The notes: generated by a model not told the origin, from the sequence alone. A stretch of DNA of 64,000 bases from Octopus sinensis (GCF_006345805.1 NC_043004.1:42904001-42968000); one strand, 5' to 3'. Shown: positions 1-13,322, counted from the first letter of the stretch. Numbers and translations are program-made.

Positions 1-52
<52 letters not shown>

Positions 53-60
53 ATATACAG

Positions 61-224
61 GCGCAGGAGTGGCTGTGTGGTAAGTAGCTTGCTAACCGAC
101 CACATGGTTCCGGGTACAGTCCCACTGCGTGGTTATCTTGGGCAAGTGTCTTCTGCTATAGCCCCGGGCCGACCAATGCCTTGTGAGTGGATTTGGTAGA
201 CGGAAACTGAAAGAAATCTGTCGT

Positions 225-257
<33 letters not shown>

Positions 258-262
258 TAGAT

Positions 263-295
<33 letters not shown>

Positions 296-312
296 ACATA
301 TATATACGACAG

Positions 313-353
<41 letters not shown>

Positions 354-595
354 TATATATATATAATATATATATATATATATGTATGTGCATGTGTTTG
401 TGTGTCCCCCTAGCATTGCTTGACAACCGATGCTGGTGTGTTTACATCCCCGTCACTTAGCGGTTCGGCAAAAGAGACCGATAGAATAAGTACTGGGCTT
501 ACAAAGAATAAGTCCCGGGGTCGATTTGCTCGACTAAGCAGGCGGTGCTCCAGCATGGTCGCAGTCAAATGACTGGAACAAATAAAAAAAAGAAG
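61..595 (+). mobile_element. tRNA-derived bipartite SINE (type A) with internal (TA)n tract
   Basis: Head gcgcaggagtggctgtgtggtaagtagc with box-B-like ggtacagtccc and CORE-like cttgggcaagtgtc; (TA)n at ~227-385; 3' half cccctagcattgcttgacaaccgatgctgg...cagtcaaatgactgg. Same family at 54105-56002 (-) and 60246-60680 (+). Confidence 0.85.
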
Positions 596-3500
596 AGTAT
601 ATATATATATATAAATATGTATGTATGTATGTATGTTTGTATGTGTGTGTGCGTGTGCTATCTTTACATCTATTACTACTCAGTATTTTCTTTATAGCAT
701 AATTAACCTTACAGCTGCAGTATTCGACATGAAATATAATTTCACACAGACGCTCTCTAGTAACAAGATCAAAATATTAGCAGCATAGGGGGAAATGCCC
801 TGCAATGGCGTAGAATGTTTGTTTTCGGAGATTTCATTGTCTTTGCGCTCTATTAGTGACTGGTACTCATTGTCGCTGTATGCTACCGAAATATTATCCG
901 CGCTAATATATAGGAAACCCATTGGCGTCGTAAATATTTACCGGGATGGATAAAAATTAGTAGCGTCGAAATTTGTATTACTAAAGCGGAATCTTTATAT
1001 CTTACTTAGCCTGGATATCATTAAAATCACCGAAAATCTGAGATTTTCCTCTTGAAGCAGGCTTCGCCTACATAGTTATGGTATAATCTTTAACAGTACA
1101 GACTATAAGCTGTGAACACAAAATACTCCACACCAGTTGTGGAACTCCCTGACTAAATGGTTACTACGTGCCTTCACTTCATCAGAAGTAGATATTCACT
1201 ATAATTTACGCTAGTCAAATTTATTCGTACTGATATATAGAAAAACAGTGATTAGTCAAACACGCTGAAACCCCGTGATCTATCACGCCCAGGCCCTCTG
1301 GTTTTTTAACACTATATGTATATATGAAATGCTTTCTCAGGATGAATACCGCAGTTTTGGGAGGTTCTTAAATTATATTAAAGTATGAAGTTTGCATTAC
1401 AGTATTAATTACTGTTTGGTTGTTAATAATGTGTTCTTGTACCTTTGTTTGAATACATATATTCCTACATCCATTAGACATGCATACCTACATAGATACA
1501 TACATATAAATAACGTACATAAATAGATACATACTTGCGTACATACGTATACATAACCTCTATTTTAAAAGTGATGTATAGAACAGTTTCAATACATGAA
1601 AAGGAAGAGACTGGAATCCTATTAGACATTCTGTCATAGAATCTTGTGAATCGTATACATCACATGGAATCATGAATTTAGATATATCTTATACATGATG
1701 AAATGAGATGTATCAAACACTGGTACGGTCAACGAAGTGATTAAATCTATATCTTCTCTTGTTTATATGTGCGCTGTTCAATTTGATATTTGTATATTTT
1801 TTTTTTCATTTCTTTTCTGTCTTTGATATTGAAAATTAAAGTGTAGAATATAATCTTGGTTTAACAACTATATCAAAGTATGTAATATCGACGAAGAGAA
1901 ATAAACAAACATCAAAGATGTAAGTTTGTAAAACATCAGCACAAATTCATTTACAAATCGATTTTCTTTTTATATTTTTGTATATTTTATGTATATTTTC
2001 TCTAACCTTCTGTCTATTATTCGTGTGTATACATAGACGTAGCCATATGTATGAGTATATACACACGTATAAATATGTACACGTATTAGTATACGATTAC
2101 ATATACAGAACTGACATACTCAGACACGCGCGCATGTGCATACACACAATACAAGTGTATATGTACATGTATACAGATGTACATACGTACATGTGTATGT
2201 ATGTATGTACGTATGTATGCGTATGGGTGTGCGTGTGATTAGCGATTAGAAATTGTTTCGAACACTAGAGGAATGCGCGAGTAATATTCCATCGCCCCTA
2301 TAAACATATATATATATATATATATACTATATATCATTTTAGAAATAGCTTTTTGTCAATATGCGTTTTATTGAGCAATTGAACATCATTTAGATGTTTT
2401 GTTTCTCCAAAAAAAAAAAAAAAAAGAAACGCTCTTTAAATAAAAGTGCTAACGTTATTGAAACCACCAAATTAAGACAATAAAATTAGTTTTCAGGATG
2501 GAAAATATCAAATCATGTTATTGACAGAAAATCTTTCCAAATTTAATTCCAATTTTATTTATTTTATTTGTTTTCGGGAGAATATAAGTAAGGTTAAATT
2601 ATCCGATGCAACCTCCATGTTTTAAATTAGCATCTATTACAAGGAGATGTTCGCTGCTAGTTTTAATACTTCTAAGTTATAGCTTACTATAAATACGTTT
2701 GTGTTTCAGGAACAAATAATACACTACGGGATATTGTTGCAAAACTTTGTTTATTCTACAATACTATTTAGGATAAATCGGAAACCTCATAGCCTAGGTT
2801 ATATCTAACATAACAGATATCTTCTAATCCTTATTAATACATGTGAACCGTTTATTTAATTGAATTTATCAAAGTTTAATATTATATGTGAATTGACTCT
2901 GTGCTATTTAATGCAGTTTTCTTGGTCCCAAAATTGTAATTAGCCGTCGGAACATCAATCTCAGATTCACAATAATAATCGGCAACTTTTATTACGTACA
3001 TTGTCTAACAAATCTTCTTGGAGAGGACGTTAATAAGTTCGGAATTTTACAATGAATTTAAGACGCATCAACAAAAATATATTAAGAAAAGAAGACATCT
3101 TCAGATTGGGTGTCTTGCATTATATAATTTCTGCAAATAAAACTCAATATAACAAATAAAATTTCAAATATTCCTGTCGAAAATGAACTTTGATTCTGAC
3201 ATGCAGCGTCTATAAAAATTCATATGTAGTTGCATTAATACACACCATTTTTGATTTCGAGTAGTTGCTTTACATTTACATTTTCATTTCAATCCTTTGC
3301 TGTATATTTTGTTAAAGGAGCTTGCCATATAAGTTCAGAGTCGTGGTTCTTATAGAACAGAAATCTTCATACAATTAGCAAAGTAGTACTGTCTAAAAAT
3401 CGTACAAGGGCTGTAATTCTTTGCATTTTGTGTATATTGAAGCAATATTGAATGCATAATTTATAACTTATTATATTGACAAACATCTTGATATAGCTTT

Positions 3501-3928
3501 CAGGCTAAAAAGGTAGGAAATAGATCAAAGAATCTCATTGATAGTGTATACATATAGAAAATTATGTATTCTCTATTTGAAGTGGCAATTAGAAATTGAT
3601 AGCACTGCATACATCCATTTAAGATGCTTGGTTAAATTGTTAATTGTTGCTACGGATTTAATTTATATGGATATCAGAGATAATGGCATTCAGACTCATT
3701 AGCTTATCTTCACTCGCCTCCAGTAATTGATGGCAAGATTTATAACATCTTATAACATTTTTCTATAGATAAAATTTTAAAATTATGTCTTATTAATATA
3801 TTTATGTACATGCACACAAAAGAACGCTCGTAGATGTGTGTACGCATGTGTGTAAGTTTAGTTGCACACAAATATGCATATCTGCATACATGCATATATA
3901 TATATATACCCATATATATATTAATATA

Positions 3929-4015
<87 letters not shown>

Positions 4016-5583
4016 ATATGTATATATGCTATATGTTGCACTGTATGAATAATCTCACCGGCTATTACAAGCACTGATAATTGTAGTTAATGCATTCAAT
4101 TTGTAATTGAATGCATTAACTACGAGGCGTTTCTGTTAAATTGCATGCGTTTGTAAACAATACCTCACGAAGATAAATTATAGTTGTATTAACAGCGTGA
4201 TTAGAATCATAGACAGGGAGCAAAGGTCAGGTCCAGGGTCAGAGATTTAGTGAATGTCTGTTAAGGTATATATATATTTTTCATTCTTCGCAATAGTTTA
4301 GCATGGTCGACTGCCATTTTGCATTGACACTGGAATATGAGAACGCCTATTCATCATATTAAATTTACTTAAAATTCTTACAGTAATTAAAGCTACGTCC
4401 AGTTTCCTTATATCGAAGATATTACTAAAGTAAGTCCTGGAAATATAATTAGCATGTAAAGTTTCCAAAATACAGTTTCAATATTTGAAAATCGTATTTA
4501 GGAAGTCAAGTGTTCAAATCCTGAAATAATTACTGTTTCTTTTTTATACGACTGGGTCAGTAAAATTTTGTAGCCTTGGGGCAATGTACGGATATACTTC
4601 AATAGAATGACTATGCTTGCAACTCAAAATAATACAACAATGCGTTTTGATTATTCGTTATCTATCTTTGTAATTCGACATCACTTTACTAAATGTTAGA
4701 AAAATGGAGTGATATAATGAGAACCTCCTCTCAAATCTGTCTTTTCTTTAACTAGCAATCAAAAACGTAAGGCCATCATCACAACCATATAATAGCACTT
4801 TTCGCATCATATAAACCTCCGCCTGCCAATTTGTAGCTACTCCTTGTAGTGTCTTGCAAAAAGTATTGCAACTAACTTTGCTGAATTCTCTTGCTCTGCA
4901 TATCAGAATGGCGATTGTTCTACGAGTAACAACTCTGAAGAGAATGTATCCAAATTTGCTTTCCACGTTGCAGTGAAATCCACACCGTATAGAGTTGGAA
5001 GTGCTCACTGATTCAACTCTGATACATCAGGTGCGCCACATTACATGAATGCACGTCAAGTGCGAAAGTGCTTTCGATCATGTAAAGTATAAACAGCCAC
5101 GGTTCTGATGGTGTCTAATTTATTACGCACAGTGGTGGCCCCTGTGAGCTAGCCCCTCCGGAATCAATGTTGTTATTTTTTTCAACATCACAGGGAGCCC
5201 TCCTGAAATTTGGGAATACGTTATATTGTGAATCATTCCAAACTAAGTCAAACTTTATGATCCTGCCAAACATCATCTTATTGTACTTCTATACCCTTCT
5301 AATATCACTTAACCATTATTTCTCCACGTCAAGTGTCTAGAACTGCCAGCAGCTTTCCTTTATACAAACCCACAAAACCCCAAACAAATCAAAGCGCATT
5401 TTCTATTGTTTGAACTATCGGCCATCTGGAGCTCCCTCTCTGCTTATAGCTTCTTCGCACATGTGGATACAGGTAGTTTAAAGAAATTTTGATAACATCA
5501 AGCTTACAATAGTCATTATGATATATATTACATGGAAAATTGTGAGCAAGAGAAATAGTATTCTTGATATTATAAACCTGGAA

Positions 5584-5985
5584 AGGCGGCGATCTGGCAG
5601 AAACGAGCGAAATGCTTAACGGTATTTCGTCTGGCGTTACGTTCTGAGTTCAAATTCCGCCGAGGTCGACTTTGCTTTTCATACTTTCGGGGTCGATTGA
5701 ATAAGTACCAGTTACGAACTAGGTCAATATAATCGACTTAATCCGTTTGTCTGTCATTGTTTGTCCTCTCTGTGTTTAGCCCCTTGTGGGTAGTAAAGAA
5801 ATAGGTATTTCTTCTGTCTTTACGATCTGAGTTCAAATTCCGCAGAGGTCGACTTTAACGTTCATCCTTTCGGGGTCGATAAATTTAGTTCCAGTTGTGT
5901 ACTGAGGTCAATCTAATCGACTAGCCACCCTCTCCCAAAATTTCGGGCTTTGTGCCTAGAGTAGAAAAGAATATTATAACCACGG
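5584..5985 (+). mobile_element. tRNA-derived SINE (type B), full copy followed by a second partial copy
   Basis: ggcggcgatctggcagaaac...gagttcaaattccgccgaggtcgactttgc...ggggtcga motif occurs twice (5584-5805 and ~5805-5985); same family as 16678-16907. Confidence 0.85.
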
Positions 5986-6641
5986 AAAATTACGGGACAA
6001 GTTACAGACCAACAAAAAATTTTTACTTAAAATATTGCAGCTAAGGACAAAATTTCAAATAAATATTAGTTTTTATTAAAGCTAAAAATATTATTACAAG
6101 TTATTACTTCAATTTTTATTACTTGTTACTTGTATTAAGAATTAAAAAATAAATTAAAATATTTTTAACATTAAAAATCATTTTTTTATTATTAATTGAT
6201 ACTTAGAAATTTGAAAATAGGTCTTAACAAATAATAGTAGTGCATAATTAGTTAGCACAATACACAGAAGAATAAAAAATTAGATACATATTACTTTAAG
6301 ATCTACCTATAACAATATATTCACAGTAAAATTTGCTTGAGTTATTGCCTAAGTTATTGCAGTCTTCCCGTATTTAGTCTTCACATAATGCCAATTTTTT
6401 CATAATGAATTTTCCTACCATATATACTATTCTACTTCGCATGAAAAGGTACCTATAATGGTACTTCTGATTCCCATATTTCTAAGTATTCTAGTGTGTC
6501 AATATTTTAACAGAATGACGATGATACCTTTCATAATTATAATGTTACTTTGTAAATTAAAATCAAATACTGTTTTTTAATATTCAAATTTTATCCTTAG
6601 TAAAGGATAACGTTCCTTGTTCTGTACTTTACCATATGGAT

Positions 6642-6840
6642 CGCGTGTGTACCGCTGGCGATTTTTTTTCTCCGTCTTCCCTTTGGATCTTTCCTTTTCC
6701 TATGATTCTGACGAAGAGCTCCGCTCGAAACGTTAAGCCCTCCTTCTTTCCTTCCTTCCTGAGCGTCCAATAATACTATATTTGTTCCACGTCCTCGCAT
6801 TGTTGTGTTTTCTCTCTGTGTTTTCATGTTTGGATTAACT
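6642..6840 (+). mobile_element. ~200-bp non-autonomous hammerhead-bearing element (Penelope pLTR-like) ending in (TA)n
   Basis: Pyrimidine-rich leader, CTGACGA-a-gagc-tcc-gctc-GAAAC-GTT, 3' end ggattaact abutting (TA)n at 6841; homologous inverted copy at 8420-8620. Confidence 0.75.
6704..6738 (+). ncRNA. Minimal type I hammerhead ribozyme-like motif
   Basis: Core CTGACGA at 6708-6714, stem II gagc/gctc, GAAAC directly followed by GTT (loop-less palindromic stem III AACGTT). Stem I has one mismatch (gatt/aagc). Confidence 0.65.
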
Positions 6841-6857
6841 TATATATATTATATATC

Positions 6858-6906
<49 letters not shown>

Positions 6907-7333
6907 AACATTTCTATACAAATATATTCACATACATAAAAATATATACACACACACACATATACCAGGGAAAACAACTTGTTTTAAATCTCTGAGCAAG
7001 TGATAGAAACATTACCGAATCGTAATGTTTATATGCCAACAGAATGTCGCAATCTTCTAAATGACGGTGCTACTGTTTTAGTCCTAGAATAAATCTGTTC
7101 CAGCTTGTTATCGACACACAGTTTGTGTCCACATATAGTATTTTCAAGGGAGGTCATCTCTCCCATCTCTAGCCTTACGTGATACTCACACAAGCGACAC
7201 ATAGACGCAGCTCTCGTGTAGAGATACACAAATTGTTTTAAACCATTGGTAATAAATTATTTTAATTCATTATCCTCATATTTACGACAGTATTGTTTAT
7301 AATTCGGACGCATCTACTGACATAAAATAATGA

Positions 7334-7385
<52 letters not shown>

Positions 7386-8419
7386 GGGATTTGTACATAC
7401 AGAAGACAAATGCTTAAACACACGTTTATATATATCTGTCGAAGTATTTGTTTCCACATGTGCATGTGTTCCTGCGAGTGTCTAGCTGTATTGAAGGGGG
7501 GATTTCCTTATAGCTGGGTGTGTTAAATATGCTGGTTAATATTTTGTATGAGGGAGCTCCATCTAGTGCTTAGAAGTTTGCACTCATATTCACATGATCA
7601 GGGTTTCAGTTCCTGGACTCCTAATCCGGATGTTGTATTATGTTTTCAGTAAAATGTTTCAGCTCACCTTTCTCAGCGGTCATTTCAAAATATGACATAC
7701 TCAACGCTGTACACCTGTTCAGGGAACGTCCATTTCAGAGAGAAGGCAATGAGCTCACGTACAGCACATATATCTGATCAGTATAAGCATATAAATTTCT
7801 GTAGGATTTTCAGCAAGAACTTTCAGAAATATGTTTCTCGAATTATGAGTGACTACTATCATTATTATAATAGCTTGTGGATAGCTATGACATTTGTTTA
7901 TTGCTTCATAAAATTTTATTGTTTCATAAAATTTGAAACATATCTAACTACCATTCGTTTGTTTTTTATAGTATGCTACATAATATTACTATGTTTTACT
8001 AGGTGTTTTTACTATAAATTCGAATTTTATGAGAACATTGATACAAGTAAACTATTGGAAGCAATTGAGAGCACAAAGTTTCTTATTACATTTCGTTTCT
8101 TTATGAATATCACAAACGATTATAGGGTGTCAAAATATTTCTTCATACTTATACAATAGTAGTCACCGACTTTAATTGCTTCCTTTGAACATAGTTTTTA
8201 AACAAATCAAATGAGGGCAAAGGAGGATTTTGACACAACTCATTAGATTATAAGAAGAGGAAGAAGACTGAACCTGCTCGTTTTTATTTTGAAATACGTA
8301 AAATTACCATCGCTCCAAGTAATTCTCTTTTTTTTGAAAATGACTGTCACAGATCAATTTCCTTACATCCACACAAAAAGAAAGCAAAACAGTATTACTT
8401 ATATATTTATATATATATA

Positions 8420-8620
8420 GTTAATTCAAACAAGAAAACACAAAGAGAAAACACAACAACGTGAGAACGTGGAACAAGTATAGTATTATTGGACGCTCAG
8501 GAAAGAAGGAAAGAAGGAGGGTTTAACGCTTCGAGCAGAGCGCTTCGTCAGAAACTTAGAAAAAGGAAAGAAACAAAGAAGGGAAGACGGAGGAAAGAAA
8601 TCGCCAATGGTACACACGCG
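8420..8620 (-). mobile_element. Second copy of the ~200-bp hammerhead-bearing element
   Basis: Reverse complement reads cgcgtgtgtacc...gtttCTGACGAagcgctctgctcGAAGcgttaaac...gaattaact(ATAT). Colinear with 6642-6840; GAAA is mutated to GAAG, so the motif is probably dead. Confidence 0.75.
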
Positions 8621-8679
8621 GTCTCATTTTGAACATGTATATATATATGTGTGTGTATATATATATGTGTGTGTGTCTC

Positions 8680-8743
<64 letters not shown>

Positions 8744-9577
8744 GTGTGTGTGTGTGTGCGTGAGTATGTATGCACCAGAAAAGTTTAGTCCATAAAAATT
8801 TTACGGCTCATTTGTACTCCGTTATCATTGGAATTTCTCCTTTCTCCTTTTCATAGAGTTCTAAATGCTCCCTTCTTCTTCACTCATTTGTACTTCGTTA
8901 AGCTTCTAACTGCATAATACTATTTCATTTTTCTTTTATATGTGACACTATTTACCAGCTAATGATATATCACGCTTACAAAAACCTATCCGCCCGTCTT
9001 GTCTAGATACACTTAACAACAGTTTTTTTCCATTTTGGAATTAAGAATCCAAGAATGATATAGATCGAATTTTCAAACCTATTTGATTTATTGAATGCGT
9101 AATCATATTTTGTCTTGGATATGGTTTTGAAATTCATCCGGTACTGGAGTTGTAATGTGGGATTTCCAGGTTTTGAGGAATGTAGAACGAAATCTTTATC
9201 GCTATTTATTGTTAAAAGTTCTATGCTAATCTGGGGTATTATAACATGTCAGGGTATTATCTATGAGTTATGTAACATGCAACCACTTGAGCAAGTGTAC
9301 ATTGAAACTATGGGATTGCAGCATGGTGAATATGAACTATCTGAATAAATGATTTTTAATGTAACAACGGTGAATACCATTAGATGCTAAACGGATGAAC
9401 AAACTGTCAAAAGTTTCTGCTATTACCTGCAGTCTTAGCGTGTGCATATGCAATATTACTGCTAGCCAAATTCCAATGTGATTAAAACCTAAGTTCGATG
9501 ATCATCCCATGTCATTCGATGGCGGTATCTAGCATGGAAGTTTTGCATTAATCCAGGCAAGTTATCTACCCACGGAA

Positions 9578-9895
9578 GATAGATATTGCGTTACCCTCAA
9601 TTTCTAAATATATCTTTAACAACATCATACAGAATATAGTATCTATCTATCTATATATCTACCTATCTATCTGGCTGCCTGTCTGTCTGCCTGCCTGTCT
9701 ATCTATCTGTCTGTCTATCTATCTATCTATCTATCTGATAGATATTGCGTTACCCTCAATTTCTAAATATATCTTTAACAACATCATACAGAATATAGTA
9801 TCTATCTATCTATATATCTACCTATCTATCTGGCTGCCTGTCTGTCTGCCTGCCTGTCTATCTATCTGTCTGTCTATCTATCTATCTATCTATCT
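9578..9895. repeat. 159-bp direct tandem duplication ending in (CTAT)/(CTGT) microsatellite
   Basis: gatagatattgcgttaccctcaatttc starts at 9578 and again at 9737; the two units look identical by eye. Confidence 0.9.
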
Positions 9896-10017
9896 GTCTG
9901 TCTGTCTATCTCTCTCTCTGTCTATCTGGCTATCTATTTTTTATCTATCTATGTATCTATCTATGTATCTGTCTATATCTATAGTGTAAGAGTGCGTGTA
10001 ATTGTGAGTGTCGGTAT

Positions 10018-10079
<62 letters not shown>

Positions 10080-10957
10080 AACACCCCCACCCCCACACAC
10101 TCACACACAAAAATATATATGCATACCAATTCTTTATTCACCACATATATCCGTTATGCTTGCATTTGCTATACGTTGTTGATTAGTGCTTAAAGAAATA
10201 ATATTGTTATGAGCCACCATATATGAAATTATTGTTATTCGCTATTTGTATACAAACATCAATAAATTTCGGGTAAAATTGATCAAAGAGTACACTATAT
10301 AACATTGAATTGTCCACTTGTTTGATTATAGATTAAAGCTCCATTTCAAGAACTCCGATGTACAGGTGGTGTGATGTAATTTGACCAAAAGTTTTCATAT
10401 TTACCAAAAAATCATAGATGATATATTGTTAGTATTTAATACTGGACAGCTAATTTCTGACGATATTTAAATGTATCTGTGCATATTATATATGCATAGT
10501 TATTATTTATTTATTTTACCCTAAAGTTAACATATATCTATAATTATAATGTTGGCGTTGTTACAATGAAAAGCGAAAACAACATATGTTATAAATTTGG
10601 TGAAATTATATTATTAAAATACAGAAGGGCATGGAAAGCTTAATAATATCACTGTATCACATAGTTCCGTATGTAGACGTGACAGACTCAATATTTTCTT
10701 CCATACGTCTTGCCAAGCAAATCTCGCTTCTGTTCTGTACGAAGCTGTTGAGAGTTATGTTTCGGTGACAGCTGCTCGTTGTGGTCAATGTCTGCGCAAA
10801 TTTCGTTTCATGTCATAAAGAATATACATAGAAATAAATATTTCTATGAATTTACATTTTTGTTTATGTGTGCCAATACACATACATATATGTATAATTG
10901 TATATATATATATATAGATATGTGTGTAAATATATAATATATAATTTGTGTGTGTAT

Positions 10958-11034
<77 letters not shown>

Positions 11035-11300
11035 GTATATAATTAAAATCAAAATAAGGGTGAAAAAATTGTATATCAATTTAATAACATCAATTTAACA
11101 CCAGTGGTTAAGCGCATAAAAAAATGAGATTCAGTAAATATTAATACACAAAAATGAGGGAGAATCCACTATGTGGACGCTCTTACGCGAAAAATAGGTC
11201 CGCAATGGTCTCAACCACCAAGAATAGTTCTCGAGAAAAATTTATCACAACTATGACCGTAAGCGAGCAGGACAAATGAAAAATAACAAAAATATAGATT

Positions 11301-11379
11301 AACCCCAGACAATTGTTTCACTGTTAATAAATTATGCAATTTTACTTACACAATAAATCTACAGATCATAAGTGAGATT
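11301..11379 (-). ncRNA. Mirror copy of the hammerhead-like motif, core mutated (CTTATGA)
   Basis: Reverse complement: aatctca-CTTATGA-tctgtagatttattgtgtaagtaaaattgcataatttattaacagt-GAAAC-aatt-GTC-tggggtt. Confidence 0.5.
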
Positions 11380-11664
11380 CGTCATAAAATATAATTTGTC
11401 GAACTGCACGCCAGATATTAACACGAAGTCAAAGATACGAGTAGTTCGGGCTATTATATTCGCAGTTATATTCAAATGCCCTCGTTCGAGCGCGCCAAAT
11501 TTCCGGAAATAAATACTGCATAAATAATTCACTGCAGTAGGGAATTTGGTGCGCTCTAACGAGAGCATTTGAATATAACTGTGAATATAATATGCCGAAC
11601 TACTTGTATCTTTGACTTCGTGTTACTATCTGGCGTGCAGTTCGACAAATTATATTTTATGACG

Positions 11665-11743
11665 AATCTCACTGATGATCTGTAGTTTTATTGGGTAAGA
11701 AAAATTGCATAATATATTAAAAGTGAAACAATTGTCTGGGGTT
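11665..11743 (+). ncRNA. Type I hammerhead ribozyme-like motif with extended stem II
   Basis: aatctca (11665-71) / tggggtt (11737-43) form stem I; CTGATGA at 11672-78; GAAAC-aatt-GTC at 11725-36 (palindromic ACAATTGT stem III, GUC triplet); ~46-nt AU-rich stem II region. Confidence 0.6.
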
Positions 11744-11898
11744 AATCTATATTTTTGTTATTTTTCATTTGCCCTTCTCGCTTACGTTCATAGTCGTGCT
11801 AAATGTTTCTCGAGAACAATTCTTGGTGGTTGAGACCATTGCGGATCTATTTTTAGCGTAAGAGCGTCCACAAAGTGGATTCCCTCTCATATTTGTGT

Positions 11899-12415
11899 CA
11901 TATATATTATATATAAATAACTATAATATAATATATATATATATAATATATATATATATATATAATATTATATATATATAATATATATATATATATAATA
12001 TTATATATATAATATATATATATATATATAATATATATATATATATATAATTATATATATATATAATATATATATATTATAATATATATATAATATATAT
12101 AATATATAATATATATATATATATAATATATATTATATATATAATATATATATATTATATAATATATATATATATTATAATATATATTATATATATATAT
12201 ATAATATATAATATATATAATTATAATATATATAATATATTATAAATAATATATATATATATATATAATATATATATATATATAAAGATATATATATATA
12301 TAATATATATATATATAATATATATATATATATAATATATATATATAATATAATATATAATATATATAATATATATATATATATAATATCTATATATATA
12401 ATATCATATATATAT

Positions 12416-12455
<40 letters not shown>

Positions 12456-12744
12456 ATTATATATAATATATATATATATATATTATATTATATATATATA
12501 TTAATATATATATAATATATTATAATATATAATATAATATATAATATTATATATATAATATATATATAATATATATATATAATACATATATATAGTATAT
12601 ATATATATATATATATAAATATACAATATTTAATATATAATACATATATATATATATAATATCTATACATATATATAGTATATATACATATATACAATAT
12701 TTATATATATAATACATATATATAATATATATATACATATATAT

Positions 12745-12780
<36 letters not shown>

Positions 12781-12800
12781 ATATATTATATATATATATA
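11899..12800. repeat. ~900-bp degenerate (TA)n microsatellite
   Basis: Almost only A/T dinucleotide repeats with occasional TAA/TAC interruptions. Similar long tracts at ~26870-27400, ~36820-37430 and ~40430-41040. Confidence 0.95.
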
Positions 12801-12963
12801 TATAAAATATTATTCGAGACAAAACCACTATTTTGCAAAACAAACAAGGAAAGACTTAATCAATACATAAAATTTTTGACTATTTATTAAAATTTTATGT
12901 ATTGATTAGGTCTTTCCTTGTTTGTTTTGCAAAATAGTGGTTTTGTCTCGATAATATTTTATA
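12801..12963. repeat. ~160-bp hairpin (about 75-bp arms, ~14-nt loop) directly after a (TA)n tract
   Basis: tataaaatattattcgagacaaaaccactattttgcaaaacaaacaaggaaagac(t)taatcaatacataaaattt pairs with aaattttatgtattgatta(g)gtctttccttg...tctcgataatattttata. Confidence 0.95.
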
Positions 12964-13226
12964 ATATTTTACTATAAAATCGATTAATCCTAAATCTGAT
13001 TTTTTTCCCTGTAAATTTGGATTTATTCCCTAATATTTATTATTAATATATATATATATATTATATAATATATATATATATATATATATAATATATATAT
13101 ATATATAATATATATATATATAATATATAGTATATACAATAAATATATATATATAATATATTATAAGCGATGGTTTGATAGAATTGTAGAAATACAATAC
13201 AAAATACACGCATATTTGAATTCATT

Positions 13227-13322
<96 letters not shown>

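Larger units (their letters stand above)
11146..11898. repeat. ~750-bp imperfect palindrome made of two head-to-head ~370-bp elements
   Basis: 11146-~11520 is the reverse complement of ~11533-11898 (e.g. gagaatccactatgtggacgctcttacgc vs gcgtaagagcgtccacaaagtggattc); centre tactgca-taaataattcac-tgcagta. Arms differ by substitutions (5 in a counted 38-nt stretch). Confidence 0.95.

Noticed and set aside
61-140. tRNA genes at SINE heads (also ~14230-14282, 16678-16770, 60246-60320)
   Set aside because: Only box A/B-like motifs continuing into SINE bodies; no complete cloverleaf.
692-5008. ORFs 692-922 and 4748-5008 as host exons or transposase remnants
   Set aside because: Short, with no recognisable motifs or supporting neighbouring exons.
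10650-10800. GC-richer patch with two short open frames on the minus strand (possible exon)
   Set aside because: Under 50 codons, ambiguous frame, weak splice signals, no recognisable homology.
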